Source of the DNA: Myxococcota bacterium
Lineage (GTDB): Bacteria > Myxococcota_A > UBA9160 > UBA6930
DNA length: 64,000 nt
Direction: 5' to 3'
Assembly (NCBI GenBank): GCA_965223705.1
Contig: OZ245015.1
Coordinates: 2,496,001 to 2,560,000 of the forward strand
Position numbers and translations under genes: made by a program
Notes under the pieces: generated by a model
Seen by the model: the letters and a program-made list of their open reading frames with translations, nothing else
Told to the model about the DNA's origin: nothing
Databases searched by the model: none
Shown: one piece after another, positions 1 through 8,929 of the stretch
Numbering within the stretch: the first letter of the stretch is position 1
Layout: the number at the start of each line of letters is the position of its first letter

Positions 1-7
1 CCCCCGG

Positions 8-685
8 TTACTTGGGCTGCACCGGGGGGTCGGGCACCGACATCGTGTCGTAGACCTCTTCGTCGGTCATCGTGTAGAGGTCCAACCCAGGCGGAAGCTC
101 CATCGGCGGATCCGAGGGATCGACCGGCGGGTTCTTCACCTTGCCGCCCTGGGAGACGAACGGGGCCGGTGCCTTGAACCGCTTGAGCTCTTCCGCACTG
201 ATCCCTACGAGCTCTTGGACCTCCGGGTCGATCCAGGCTTCTTGATCGATGACTTCTTCGGACGTCGCGAACTCGAGCATCAAGCCCTCGGGCCCAGCGA
301 AGTAAATCGACTTGCAGAGCCCGTGATCGATCGGCCCCCACACCCAGACGTCGTGCGAACGCAGACGATCGCGAATGGCGTAGAGATCCTCTTCGCTATC
401 GACGTTCATTGCCACGTGCTGCATCGCGCCGGGCGCAACGGGCGACGCGGTCCACCGCGCATGAGAGACGTCGAGCTCCGGCTCGGTCTCCTGGATGTCC
501 GGGTTCTGAACGAACGCGATGTACGCGTTGCCCATGCGCAAGAACCCGTGGAAGGTGTTCGGCACACCGTGCATCCAGTAGAGAGCGTGCAGCTCCATGC
601 CGCAGGCTTCGGTGAAGAACTCGATCTGGCGCTTGATGTCTTTGGTGGCGATCGCCAAGTGATGAAGGCCGTTGGGAAGTCCCAT
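8..685 (-). CDS. VOC/glyoxalase family protein
   Basis: LHHLAI...QHVAMNV...SIYFAGPEGLMLEF VOC metal-binding pattern. Confidence 0.8.
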   Translation of the reverse strand: MGLPNGLHHLAIATKDIKRQIEFFTEACGMELHALYWMHGVPNTFHGFLRMGNAYIAFVQNPDIQETEPELDVSHARWTASPVAPGAMQHVAMNVDSEEDLYAIRDRLRSHDVWVWGPIDHGLCKSIYFAGPEGLMLEFATSEEVIDQEAWIDPEVQELVGISAEELKRFKAPAPFVSQGGKVKNPPVDPSDPPMELPPGLDLYTMTDEEVYDTMSVPDPPVQPK

Positions 686-712
686 GGTGTCCTCCTTGAC
701 CCGCGAGTCTAG

Positions 713-1693
713 CTAACGGATGGCGACGGGGTTAATGATCATCTGAACGGCCCCTTCGAGCCGCGCCTGACCCAGCACGAACATGAATTCCCAGCCCTCG
801 TCGGCGACCAACTCCCGGGTGACCATGTTCTCGAGGATGTAGATGCCGCGTTTCGCCAGCAGCTCCTGATGAACCGGGAACGGGTCGCCGTTCTCGCTGG
901 GATAGACCTCTGTCCCGTAGGTGTCGGCACCGATGGCCACCACGTTCTTCGACGCCAGATATTTCGCGCCCCCCATGCTGAGCCCCGGAATCGACTTCAT
1001 GAACCGCGCCTGATCGATCTCCGCCATCTCGAGGTAACCCGTGTGAAGCAACACGACGTCGCCTTCCCCGAGTGCAATGGACTGCCGCGCGAGGGCGCCG
1101 TCGATTTCCGGCTGGTTGATCGGCGTCCCTTCTTTCAGCATCTCGAAGCCGCCGACCGTCATCACGCGATCGGGCGCGCGCGTCTTCATGTAGCCGACGA
1201 TATCGAGGACGATGCCGCGCGCGACGATCGGAGGAATGTCCGCTGTAGAGAGCTTCTTGAGCCCGCCGGGAGAAAAGAAATCGCGAACGTGATTGCCGTT
1301 GTAGTAGCGGTGATTGATACCGACATGTCCCAGCCCATCGATCTGGGAACCGACGCCCATAAATGTCATGACCCAGTCGTCGTTGGTCGTAAAGCCCGCG
1401 TCGCCCCACGGATCGCCGGTGCCATCGAGGACGCCGCCGTGGCTCACCGCGAACAGTTCAAACGTCCGTGCGCCGAAGGCCGGTGTTTCGCGGCTGGTCA
1501 CCTGCCCGAGGGCGTAGCGCTTGCCGGTCCGAATGAGCTTTGCCGCGGCGAGGACGCTCGCTTCACTGATCTCGTTGACGGAGCCCAGCGTATCGTCCTT
1601 GCCCCACTTCGAGGGGTACCAATCCTCGGCGTGGCTCGCGCCCGCCGCGAAGAACACCAACCCGAGCATCCCCGCAAAACATCGCTTCATCAT
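713..1693 (-). CDS. Cyclase family (kynurenine formamidase-like) metallohydrolase with signal peptide
   Basis: GSQIDGLGH, GDVVLLHTG and GIYILEN motifs; AGGAGA RBS before MMKR; signal-peptide-like N-terminus. Confidence 0.8.
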   Translation of the reverse strand: MMKRCFAGMLGLVFFAAGASHAEDWYPSKWGKDDTLGSVNEISEASVLAAAKLIRTGKRYALGQVTSRETPAFGARTFELFAVSHGGVLDGTGDPWGDAGFTTNDDWVMTFMGVGSQIDGLGHVGINHRYYNGNHVRDFFSPGGLKKLSTADIPPIVARGIVLDIVGYMKTRAPDRVMTVGGFEMLKEGTPINQPEIDGALARQSIALGEGDVVLLHTGYLEMAEIDQARFMKSIPGLSMGGAKYLASKNVVAIGADTYGTEVYPSENGDPFPVHQELLAKRGIYILENMVTRELVADEGWEFMFVLGQARLEGAVQMIINPVAIR

Positions 1694-1709
1694 CTCTCCT
1701 TCGCTGCCT

Positions 1710-2435
1710 CTACCAGTTTTCTCGTGACGTACGGACATCGACTTCGAAGGTCCACGCCTGCGGCCGTTGTCGGTACAGATAAACGAACGCGTCGGCCAGT
1801 CCTTCGAGGCTGATCATCCCTTCTTCGCCCATTTGCTCCGCGAGGTCGGGGAACCGCGTCTTGATCTTCTCGCCGCCGATCGGTCCGTCCACCACCACGT
1901 GTCCGACGTGGATCCCGTCTTCGGCGTATTCCTTCGCCAGGGCTTGAGCGAGTGTCCGGAGACCGGCCTTGCTCGAGTTGAACGCCCCGAAGTTCGCCCG
2001 ACCCCGCATCGACGCGCTCGCACCCGTGAAGAGCAGCGCCCCGCCCCGTCCCTTCATCTCACGAACCGCCTCGCGGCCGAAGAGAAACCCGCCGAAACAG
2101 CACACCCGCCAGCTCGTTTCGAAGTACTCCGCCGTCATTTCGTCGATGCGACCCGGTGTGTTGTTGCCCACGTTGTAGAGCGCGAGTTGGATGTCGCCGT
2201 CCCCCGTCGATCGCGCGGTCTCGAACAAGCGCTGCGTATCGACCTCGGAGGTGGCATCCGCGACGACGGGAGTCGCTTGGCCCCCCGAGTCGGCGACCGC
2301 GCGGGCCACGGCGGCGACTTTCGCTTCCGTGCGACCCGCCACGAACACGTGGAGTCCTTCGCCCGCAAAGCGCAAGCACAGCTGCCCGCCCAAACCCTCG
2401 ATCGGGCCGACGCCTTGAATGATGGCCTTATCCAT
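1710..2435 (-). CDS. Short-chain dehydrogenase/reductase
   Basis: GVGPIEGLG, FTGASAS, FNSSKAG and HVVVDG, typical of an atypical SDR subgroup. Confidence 0.85.
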   Translation of the reverse strand: MDKAIIQGVGPIEGLGGQLCLRFAGEGLHVFVAGRTEAKVAAVARAVADSGGQATPVVADATSEVDTQRLFETARSTGDGDIQLALYNVGNNTPGRIDEMTAEYFETSWRVCCFGGFLFGREAVREMKGRGGALLFTGASASMRGRANFGAFNSSKAGLRTLAQALAKEYAEDGIHVGHVVVDGPIGGEKIKTRFPDLAEQMGEEGMISLEGLADAFVYLYRQRPQAWTFEVDVRTSRENW

Positions 2436-3396
2436 CTGCTCCTCCTTCGGGTGCCGGCGCCAATCGTACGCGGTAGTCGACGCGCGGGAAATGAACGCGA
2501 ACGTGTCGAAGCTCCGGGTCGTCTCGATCGATCGCGATCCGACGTTCCGACAGACTCGCGAGGCGACCGAAACTCGCAGAGGAGTGGTCGTCGCTCGGAG
2601 TCACGCTGACGAGGGCGCCGGACGCAAGGCCCAGGGGATTCTCGGCGACGGGACCGGAGTCGATCGTCGGCGAAGCGCCCGTGGCTCGATCGAGCGCGGC
2701 CTTTGCGTCGCAGGGCAACGCACGACCGTTACCGATCGCGGCGACGCGCGCCATCCACGCACGAGTCTTGGGGCAGCCGTGAAGCAAGCCCGGCGGGCGC
2801 TCGCCGCTGATGCACTCGAGCAGGAACAAGGGGTGGTAGACCGTAAAATCTGCGAGTCCAGGCGCGTCACCCAGCAAGAATCCGGCCTCGGGGAGAAGCG
2901 CTTCGAGCCATGCCAACTGGGGTTCGAGCTGCGCGAGGTTCTTCGCGGCCGAAGCTTTCACGCGCGCGAGGTCTCCCACGGGTTTTCCGTGCAAGCGAGC
3001 GCGATCTTCGTGGAAGGAAGGTGGAAATCGGTCGGCGTGGTGGGCCGTGATGTACCGCGCCAGTGGCCAGAGAAACTGGCTTTCGGCCCAGTAACCGAGG
3101 GTCCAGGTCCACGCCTCGCTGTGGGCGGGGTCCGCCCCGGGGAACAAGGTCGGCTCCGGAACACGCTTCTCGAGAAATTCGGCGATCAGCCGCGTGTCGC
3201 ACAGGACGTCGGCACCGATCTGGAGCGCCGGCGTTCGGCGATACCCGCCGGTGAGCGGTTCGTAGAGGGGTTTCGGCGAAGTCGACGGGATCGTGACCGA
3301 GTACCAGTCGATCTCTTTCAGCCCGAAGACCAATCGGATTTTCTCGGAAAAGTTCGAGAACGCGTAGTGGTGGAAGATGGGTGCCGAGTCATTCAC
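2428..3396 (-). CDS. Glutathione S-transferase family protein
   Basis: SNFSEKIRL, TGGYRRTPALQIGAD and GLADF motifs. Confidence 0.85.
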   Translation of the reverse strand: MNDSAPIFHHYAFSNFSEKIRLVFGLKEIDWYSVTIPSTSPKPLYEPLTGGYRRTPALQIGADVLCDTRLIAEFLEKRVPEPTLFPGADPAHSEAWTWTLGYWAESQFLWPLARYITAHHADRFPPSFHEDRARLHGKPVGDLARVKASAAKNLAQLEPQLAWLEALLPEAGFLLGDAPGLADFTVYHPLFLLECISGERPPGLLHGCPKTRAWMARVAAIGNGRALPCDAKAALDRATGASPTIDSGPVAENPLGLASGALVSVTPSDDHSSASFGRLASLSERRIAIDRDDPELRHVRVHFPRVDYRVRLAPAPEGGADG

Positions 3397-3412
3397 GGCG
3401 AGCGTCGCCCGA

Positions 3413-4189
3413 TCAGCCCGCGCTGTAGGCCATGCCGCCGTCGATCTTGATCACGCTACCGGTCGTGTAGGCGGACGCATCACTCGCGAGGTAGAGGGCG
3501 GCTCCGACCACTTCTTCGGGCTGACCGACGCGTCCCGCCGGGACGAACTTTCGGATCTCGTCGAAGACCTCTTCGCTCCATGCCTTGCTGATGTCGGTGC
3601 CAAAGGCGCCGGGCATGATGCAGTTGACCCGGACCTTCGGTGCGAAGACCCGCGCCATACCCATCGTCAAGTTGTTGATCCCCGCTTTTGCCGCGCCGTA
3701 CGCGATCTCTCGGGGTGACGGAGCGACCGCCGCGGTGCTGCTCACGTTGATGATCGAGCCGCCGTCTTCCTCCGCCATTCGCGTGCCGAACAGCGAACTC
3801 AAGCGAAACGGGCCTTTCAGATTGATCTCGAGAACCTTGTCGTAGAGGGCTTCGGTGACCGACACCAAGGAGTCGTACAGCGGCGAAAGCCCGGCATTGT
3901 TGACCAACACGTCTGCCCGACCGAACTCGCGGTACGTCGCTTCGTAGAGCGCATCGCACTGATCCCAGTAGCCGACGTGGCACGCCACCGGTAGCGCGCG
4001 ACGCCCGGTCTCTTTCTCGACTTCCTGCGCGAGCGTTTCGCAGGCTTCGATCTTGCGGCTCGCGATGACGACGTCCGCGCCCTGTCTCGCGAACGCGAGC
4101 ACCATTTCGCGGCCGAGCCCGCGGCTACCCCCGGTGACGACGGCGACGCGGCCGTCGAGGCTGAACAATGAAGCGGCGACTTGTGACAT
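3413..4189 (-). CDS. Short-chain dehydrogenase/reductase
   Basis: TGGSRGLG, NNAG and YGAAK motifs. Confidence 0.9.
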   Translation of the reverse strand: MSQVAASLFSLDGRVAVVTGGSRGLGREMVLAFARQGADVVIASRKIEACETLAQEVEKETGRRALPVACHVGYWDQCDALYEATYREFGRADVLVNNAGLSPLYDSLVSVTEALYDKVLEINLKGPFRLSSLFGTRMAEEDGGSIINVSSTAAVAPSPREIAYGAAKAGINNLTMGMARVFAPKVRVNCIMPGAFGTDISKAWSEEVFDEIRKFVPAGRVGQPEEVVGAALYLASDASAYTTGSVIKIDGGMAYSAG

Positions 4190-4225
4190 CCCGGAACCGT
4201 CGCACGTCTTCAACCGCCGCGCCCC

Positions 4226-4807
4226 TTACGCTCGAGCGAGTTCCTCCTCCGCCCGCTCGACCGAGACCGCCAGCAACCGGCATGCGAGATCTTCGTCGGA
4301 AACCGCGCGTGCGAGGGTCAAGCCGCCCACACAGAGAACCAGCGCGGCCACGGCACGCGCGTCGCGAGAGCGAGCCGCGGGCAACCCGCGGGCGAGCTCG
4401 TCCAGTAGCTCGTCCACTTTTTCCGAGACCGCCGCGCGGCCCGCAGCGGGTCCGCGCGTGATCTCGAGGGCCAACGCCGCCAAGTTGCAGCCCTCGCCGA
4501 CTTTCGTGCGGTGGTCCGGATGGAGGTAGCCCCGAATCACTTCGATCGCTCCGGCGCGGAGTTCCTCGTCGGAGCCGGCCGGGCGCGCGCGGAGTCGCTC
4601 GATGAAGTCATAGGGGCCCCGCAGCACCTCGACGAAGAGCTCCGTCTTCGAGCGGAAGTGTCCGTAGAAACCACCGCGGGTGAGCCGCGCTGCGGACATC
4701 ACGTCGTCGATGGCGGTCCCTCGGAAGCCGCGCTTTCTGAACAAGCGTCCGGCGTGCCGCAGCACGGAGCGGCGAACGCGCTGTTTGTGTTCGGGGCGAT
4801 ATCGCAT
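4226..4807 (-). CDS. TetR/AcrR family transcriptional regulator
   Basis: N-terminal HTH (LFRKRGF...LTRGGFYGHFRSK). Confidence 0.9.
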   Translation of the reverse strand: MRYRPEHKQRVRRSVLRHAGRLFRKRGFRGTAIDDVMSAARLTRGGFYGHFRSKTELFVEVLRGPYDFIERLRARPAGSDEELRAGAIEVIRGYLHPDHRTKVGEGCNLAALALEITRGPAAGRAAVSEKVDELLDELARGLPAARSRDARAVAALVLCVGGLTLARAVSDEDLACRLLAVSVERAEEELARA

Positions 4808-4826
4808 CTCGAGAATATCCTGGATT

Positions 4827-4866
4827 GCATGACGTTTGTCATGCTATTAATATGACAAACGTCATG
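4827..4866. promoter_or_regulatory. Paired palindromic operators (ATGAC-N4-GTCAT x2) in the TetR/GST divergent intergenic region
   Basis: gcATGACgtttGTCATgc at 4827-4844 and ATGACaaacGTCAT at 4852-4865; the two cores are exact reverse complements of each other. Confidence 0.7.
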
Positions 4867-4893
4867 TTAAAACGACACAAAGGAGTGGCCGCC

Positions 4894-5658
4894 GTGCCTT
4901 CCCCCGAACTGCTGCAGTTCCGCTATTCGCATTTCAACGAAAAAGCCCGTTGGGGCCTCGATTGGAAAGGCGTCGCACACGAGCGCACGTCGCTTCTCCC
5001 GGGGCCCCATGCCGGGCGCGTGCGGCGCCTGACCGGCCAGACATCCGTCCCTGTCGTGATTTTTGAAGATGGCCCCGTGCACGGATCGGCGGCGATCCTC
5101 GAGGCTCTGGAGGAGCGCTACCCGCAGCCCCCGCTATTCCCCAGAGAAGCGTCGGAGCTCGCCGCCTACCGCGAGCTCGCGGCCCACTTTGACGAGGTCG
5201 TCGCGCCCGCGGTCCGGCGAGCACTCTTCTTCCGCCTGCAACACAACGCGTCGTACATGTGCCGGATGTTCGCCGAAGGCCAGCCCGGGGCCCGGCGGTG
5301 GATGTATCGAGCCCTGCTCCCGTTCGCGATGGGAAAGATCCGCAACGCCTACCAACTCGACGATCCGGTCGCGGCGAAGCGAGCCGAAGAAATCCTGCTC
5401 GCCGCTCTCGACGAGGTCGCGTCGCGGACGAGGCGCACGGGTTATCTCTTGGGCGATCGCTTCACCGCGGCCGATCTCACCGCGGCGGCGATCCTCGCGG
5501 TCTGTTGCGATCCGCCCGGAAGCACGATGGAACGGCCCGTGCCCCAACCCGAAGCCTTGGCCTCCTTCACCGCCTCGGTAGCCGACCACCCGGCGATCGC
5601 CTGGGTTCTCGAGATGTATGAGCGACATCGCCGCGGCGCTGGCGCTCGGGCGCAATAA
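4894..5658 (+). CDS. Glutathione S-transferase family protein
   Basis: SHFNEKARWGL, GQTSVPV and FTAADLT motifs; AAGGAG RBS before GTG. Confidence 0.85.
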   Translation: MPSPELLQFRYSHFNEKARWGLDWKGVAHERTSLLPGPHAGRVRRLTGQTSVPVVIFEDGPVHGSAAILEALEERYPQPPLFPREASELAAYRELAAHFDEVVAPAVRRALFFRLQHNASYMCRMFAEGQPGARRWMYRALLPFAMGKIRNAYQLDDPVAAKRAEEILLAALDEVASRTRRTGYLLGDRFTAADLTAAAILAVCCDPPGSTMERPVPQPEALASFTASVADHPAIAWVLEMYERHRRGAGARAQ

Positions 5659-5692
5659 GGACCACGATCGACTTCCTCACCCAGGAGGCGGC

Positions 5693-6664
5693 ATGGTCCA
5701 AGCGATCCGGATCCACGAACACGGCGGCGCCGACAAGATGCGGCTCGAGGACATCGAGTTGCCGGAGCCCGGCCCGGGCGAGGCGCGAGTGCGCATCGCG
5801 GCGGCGGGGGTGAACTTCGTCGACGTCTATCTCCGCACGGGTCTCTATCCGAGTCCGCTTCCGCTCGGCCTCGGCCTCGAGGGCGAAGGCATCGTTGAAC
5901 AGGTCGGCGCCGAGGTGGAGCACATCGCCGTGGGCGACCGGGTCGCATGGGCCCGCGCGCCGGGGTCCTACGCGGAAGCGGTCAATGCCAACGCGGATGC
6001 TCTGATCCGCATGCCCGAAGCCATCGAGCCCGGCCTCGGTGCGGCGGCGATGCTTCAGGGAATGACTGCACACTATCTGGCCCACGGTGTGCGCGAGACC
6101 CGGCCGGGAGACATCGCGCTCGTGCACGCGGCCGCTGGGGGAACGGGCCTCTTATTGGTGCAGCTTCTCGTCAAGGCCGGCGCCCGCGTCCTCGGTACGT
6201 GCTCGACCGAGAAAAAGGCCGAGCGCGTCCTCGGGGCCGGTGCGGAGCGTGCCGTCCTCTACACACGCGAGGATTTCGTGGCCGCGTGCCGCGATGCGAC
6301 GGACGGACGCGGCGTCGACGTCGTCTACGATTCCGTCGGCGCCGACACGTTCGACCGCAGCCTCGAGTGTCTGCGGCGACGCGGGCTGATGGCCCTTTTT
6401 GGGCAAGCCAGCGGCCCGGTGCCGCCTTTCGAACTGCAGCGTCTCAACCAGCTGGGCTCGCTCTTCATCACGCGCCCGACGCTGTTCGACTACGCAGCCG
6501 AGCGAAGCGAACTCGAGGAGCGGGCGGACGCAGTGCTCGGTGCGATTGCGGACGGCTCGCTATCAGTTTCGGTGGGCGAGCGCTTCCCGCTTGCGCGAGG
6601 TGCGGATGCGCACCGCGCGCTTGAAGGACGCGGAACGAGCGGAAAGCTGTTGCTGCTAACCTAA
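5693..6664 (+). CDS. qor: NADPH:quinone oxidoreductase (zeta-crystallin/MDR family)
   Basis: [20 protein letters not shown] and GSLFITRP motifs; GGAGG RBS. Confidence 0.85.
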   Translation: MVQAIRIHEHGGADKMRLEDIELPEPGPGEARVRIAAAGVNFVDVYLRTGLYPSPLPLGLGLEGEGIVEQVGAEVEHIAVGDRVAWARAPGSYAEAVNANADALIRMPEAIEPGLGAAAMLQGMTAHYLAHGVRETRPGDIALVHAAAGGTGLLLVQLLVKAGARVLGTCSTEKKAERVLGAGAERAVLYTREDFVAACRDATDGRGVDVVYDSVGADTFDRSLECLRRRGLMALFGQASGPVPPFELQRLNQLGSLFITRPTLFDYAAERSELEERADAVLGAIADGSLSVSVGERFPLARGADAHRALEGRGTSGKLLLLT

Positions 6665-6684
6665 GGCGAGACCATGGAGGGAGC

Positions 6685-6891
6685 ATGTCGGACCACGTCT
6701 ACAAGACCGTCGAACTGACCGGAACGTCCGAGGAGTCGATCGAAGGGGCCGTCAACGGGGCCCTGAAGCGCGCGAGCAACACGATGCGCGGCCTGCGCTG
6801 GATCGAGGTCACGGAAATTCGCGGCAACGTGGCCGGCGATCACGTCGCGCACTGGCAGGTGTCGATGAAGCTCGGATTCACGCTGGAGTGA
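6685..6891 (+). CDS. Dodecin (flavin-binding protein)
   Basis: 68 aa, [15 protein letters not shown]...[12 protein letters not shown]. Confidence 0.9.
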   Translation: MSDHVYKTVELTGTSEESIEGAVNGALKRASNTMRGLRWIEVTEIRGNVAGDHVAHWQVSMKLGFTLE

Positions 6892-6896
6892 CCTGC

Positions 6897-7325
6897 TCAG
6901 CGTGCGAAGAGTTGTGACAAATCCGAAAAGCCCTTGAACTCCAGCAAATTCGCACTCGGATCCTCAACAAAAAACGTACCCTGCTCGCCGACCTGTCCGG
7001 CGAAGCGGACGCGGGGCGCTACCGCGAACGGATAGTTCTCCGCGCGAAACACCTCGGCTAGGCCCTGCCACCGGTCCATCGATAGGACGACCCCACAGTG
7101 CGGGACCGGCACTTCAGTTCCGTCGACGAGTTGTCGGTGCGGTGGACGGCCGCCGCCGGGGGTGCGGTGACACACGAGCTGGTGCCCGAAAAAGTCGAAA
7201 TCGACCCAGGTCTGCGCGCTCCGCCCTTCGCTGCAGCCGAGAAGTCCGCCGTAGAACTCGCGGCTGGTCTCGAGATCTCGCACGGCCAGTGCGATGTGGA
7301 AGGGCGGACGATCAGGGCGCGACAT
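6897..7325 (-). CDS. VOC/glyoxalase family protein
   Basis: PFHIAL...WVDFDFFGHQLVCH...VPVPH...DPSANLLEFK. Confidence 0.85.
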   Translation of the reverse strand: MSRPDRPPFHIALAVRDLETSREFYGGLLGCSEGRSAQTWVDFDFFGHQLVCHRTPGGGRPPHRQLVDGTEVPVPHCGVVLSMDRWQGLAEVFRAENYPFAVAPRVRFAGQVGEQGTFFVEDPSANLLEFKGFSDLSQLFAR

Positions 7326-8019
7326 CGATCTCGAACTTCTGGGACTCCCCGTCCCGCACGACTTCCAAGACCGGAAGCTCGCCACGCGCTGCCTCAACCC
7401 GAGCGAGAAAGTCCGCCGCACTCATCGGGGCTTCGCCGTCGACTCGGACGACTCGATCTCCGGGCTGCAGCCCGCCGACGAGAGCCGGAGAAGCGCGGAC
7501 GACAAACGCGATCCGCACGCCCTTGTCTGGCACGGACGCGTCCTCTTCTGCGTACACGTAGGCCCCGAAGCCGGTGGGTCGGGTTGGACGCGCCCAGAAC
7601 AAAGCGAGCACGCCGGCGGGACGTACGCCGGCCAAAACCGCGCCGGGGCGGACGCCGAGCCCGGGCTCGGGGATCGTCACCGGGGGTTTCAAGGCTGCCA
7701 CGGCCTCCGGCGGCGCAGCCACGTAAAGGGTCACCAGGTGGGCGCCGGCCCTCTTCCCGGCGGCGCGAGCTTCGTTGGCCACTTCGCCCATCCCCGAGCC
7801 CTCGAAGCCCTCGGAACCGATCAGCACGTAGCGGCTCGCGAGGAAGCGCTCGACGTCCGTCTGTAGCTCCCCGCCGCGACGCAGGATGACCTTTCCCTCG
7901 AGCGGCTGAACGCCCGGAAGAGCAGTTCGGCCCCCGCCCCCGGAACACGCGAGCGCGAGTGCCGCCGCGAGGAGGGTGGCGAAACGGCCCGTGCATCCGC
8001 GGTAGAGTTCGCCGTCCAC
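7312..8019 (-). CDS. Putative lipoprotein with C-terminal PDZ domain (start uncertain)
   Basis: LALAC lipobox; SPA..GGLQPGDRVVRVDG PDZ signature. Confidence 0.65.
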   Translation of the reverse strand: MDGELYRGCTGRFATLLAAALALACSGGGGRTALPGVQPLEGKVILRRGGELQTDVERFLASRYVLIGSEGFEGSGMGEVANEARAAGKRAGAHLVTLYVAAPPEAVAALKPPVTIPEPGLGVRPGAVLAGVRPAGVLALFWARPTRPTGFGAYVYAEEDASVPDKGVRIAFVVRASPALVGGLQPGDRVVRVDGEAPMSAADFLARVEAARGELPVLEVVRDGESQKFEIDVAP

Positions 8020-8060
8020 AGCGGCATTGTAATTCGGAAACAGCCAGCGCGAGGATCTCC

Positions 8061-8840
8061 ATGACACGACTGACGAAACTCTCTCGCTCGATCGCGGGTC
8101 GGCGCGCCCTCATTACCGGCGCCGGAAGCGGCATGGGACGCGCCACCGCGCAGCTCTTCGCGGACGAAGGCGCGCGCCTGGTGTTGGCAGACCGCGATGC
8201 TCCCGGTCTCGACGAAACCTGTGCGAGCATTCGCGATGCAGGAGGTGAAGCCCACGCCTGTGTTTGCGACCTCGGAGAGGCAGGAACGCCGGAACAGCTG
8301 GTCGCCACCGCGGCCAAGACCCTCGGCGGACTCGACATCCTGGTGAACAACGCCGGGATCGCGCCAGCCGCTCCGATCGACGACCCGAACTACGCCGAAG
8401 CTTGGACCCAGACCCTGACCGTCAACCTCGAAGTGCTGGCGCACTGCATCCGGCACGCCCTGCCCCACCTCGAACAGAGCGACGCTGCGCGGATCGTCAA
8501 CATCGCCTCGACCGAAGGCTTGGGCGCCACCGCGCAGATCAGCCCGTACACCGCGAGCAAGCACGGCGTGATCGGACTGACGCGAGCGTTGGCGGTCGAA
8601 CTCGGAGCACGCGGCGTCAACGTGAACTGCATCTGCCCCGGACCGATCCACACCGGCTTGACGAAGGTGATCGACGACGCCGCGAAGACGAAATTCGCGC
8701 GCCGGCGCGTGCCGCTCCGGCGCTACGGAGATCCCGAGGAAGTCGCCCACGGAACGCTCAGCTTGGTGCTTCCCGCCGCGTCGTATATCAATGGCGCGAT
8801 ACTCGTTGTCGACGGAGGCATGACCGCGCAGAACACCTAG
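8061..8840 (+). CDS. Short-chain dehydrogenase/reductase
   Basis: TGAGSGMG, NNAG and YTASK motifs. Confidence 0.9.
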   Translation: MTRLTKLSRSIAGRRALITGAGSGMGRATAQLFADEGARLVLADRDAPGLDETCASIRDAGGEAHACVCDLGEAGTPEQLVATAAKTLGGLDILVNNAGIAPAAPIDDPNYAEAWTQTLTVNLEVLAHCIRHALPHLEQSDAARIVNIASTEGLGATAQISPYTASKHGVIGLTRALAVELGARGVNVNCICPGPIHTGLTKVIDDAAKTKFARRRVPLRRYGDPEEVAHGTLSLVLPAASYINGAILVVDGGMTAQNT

Positions 8841-8929
8841 GCGCCCCACACAGTTCGACCGGCCTTCGCTAGAATCCCGCGGTTCCCCTCCATCGAGTGC
8901 AGCCTCAGCCCAAAGCCGTCATTGAATCC

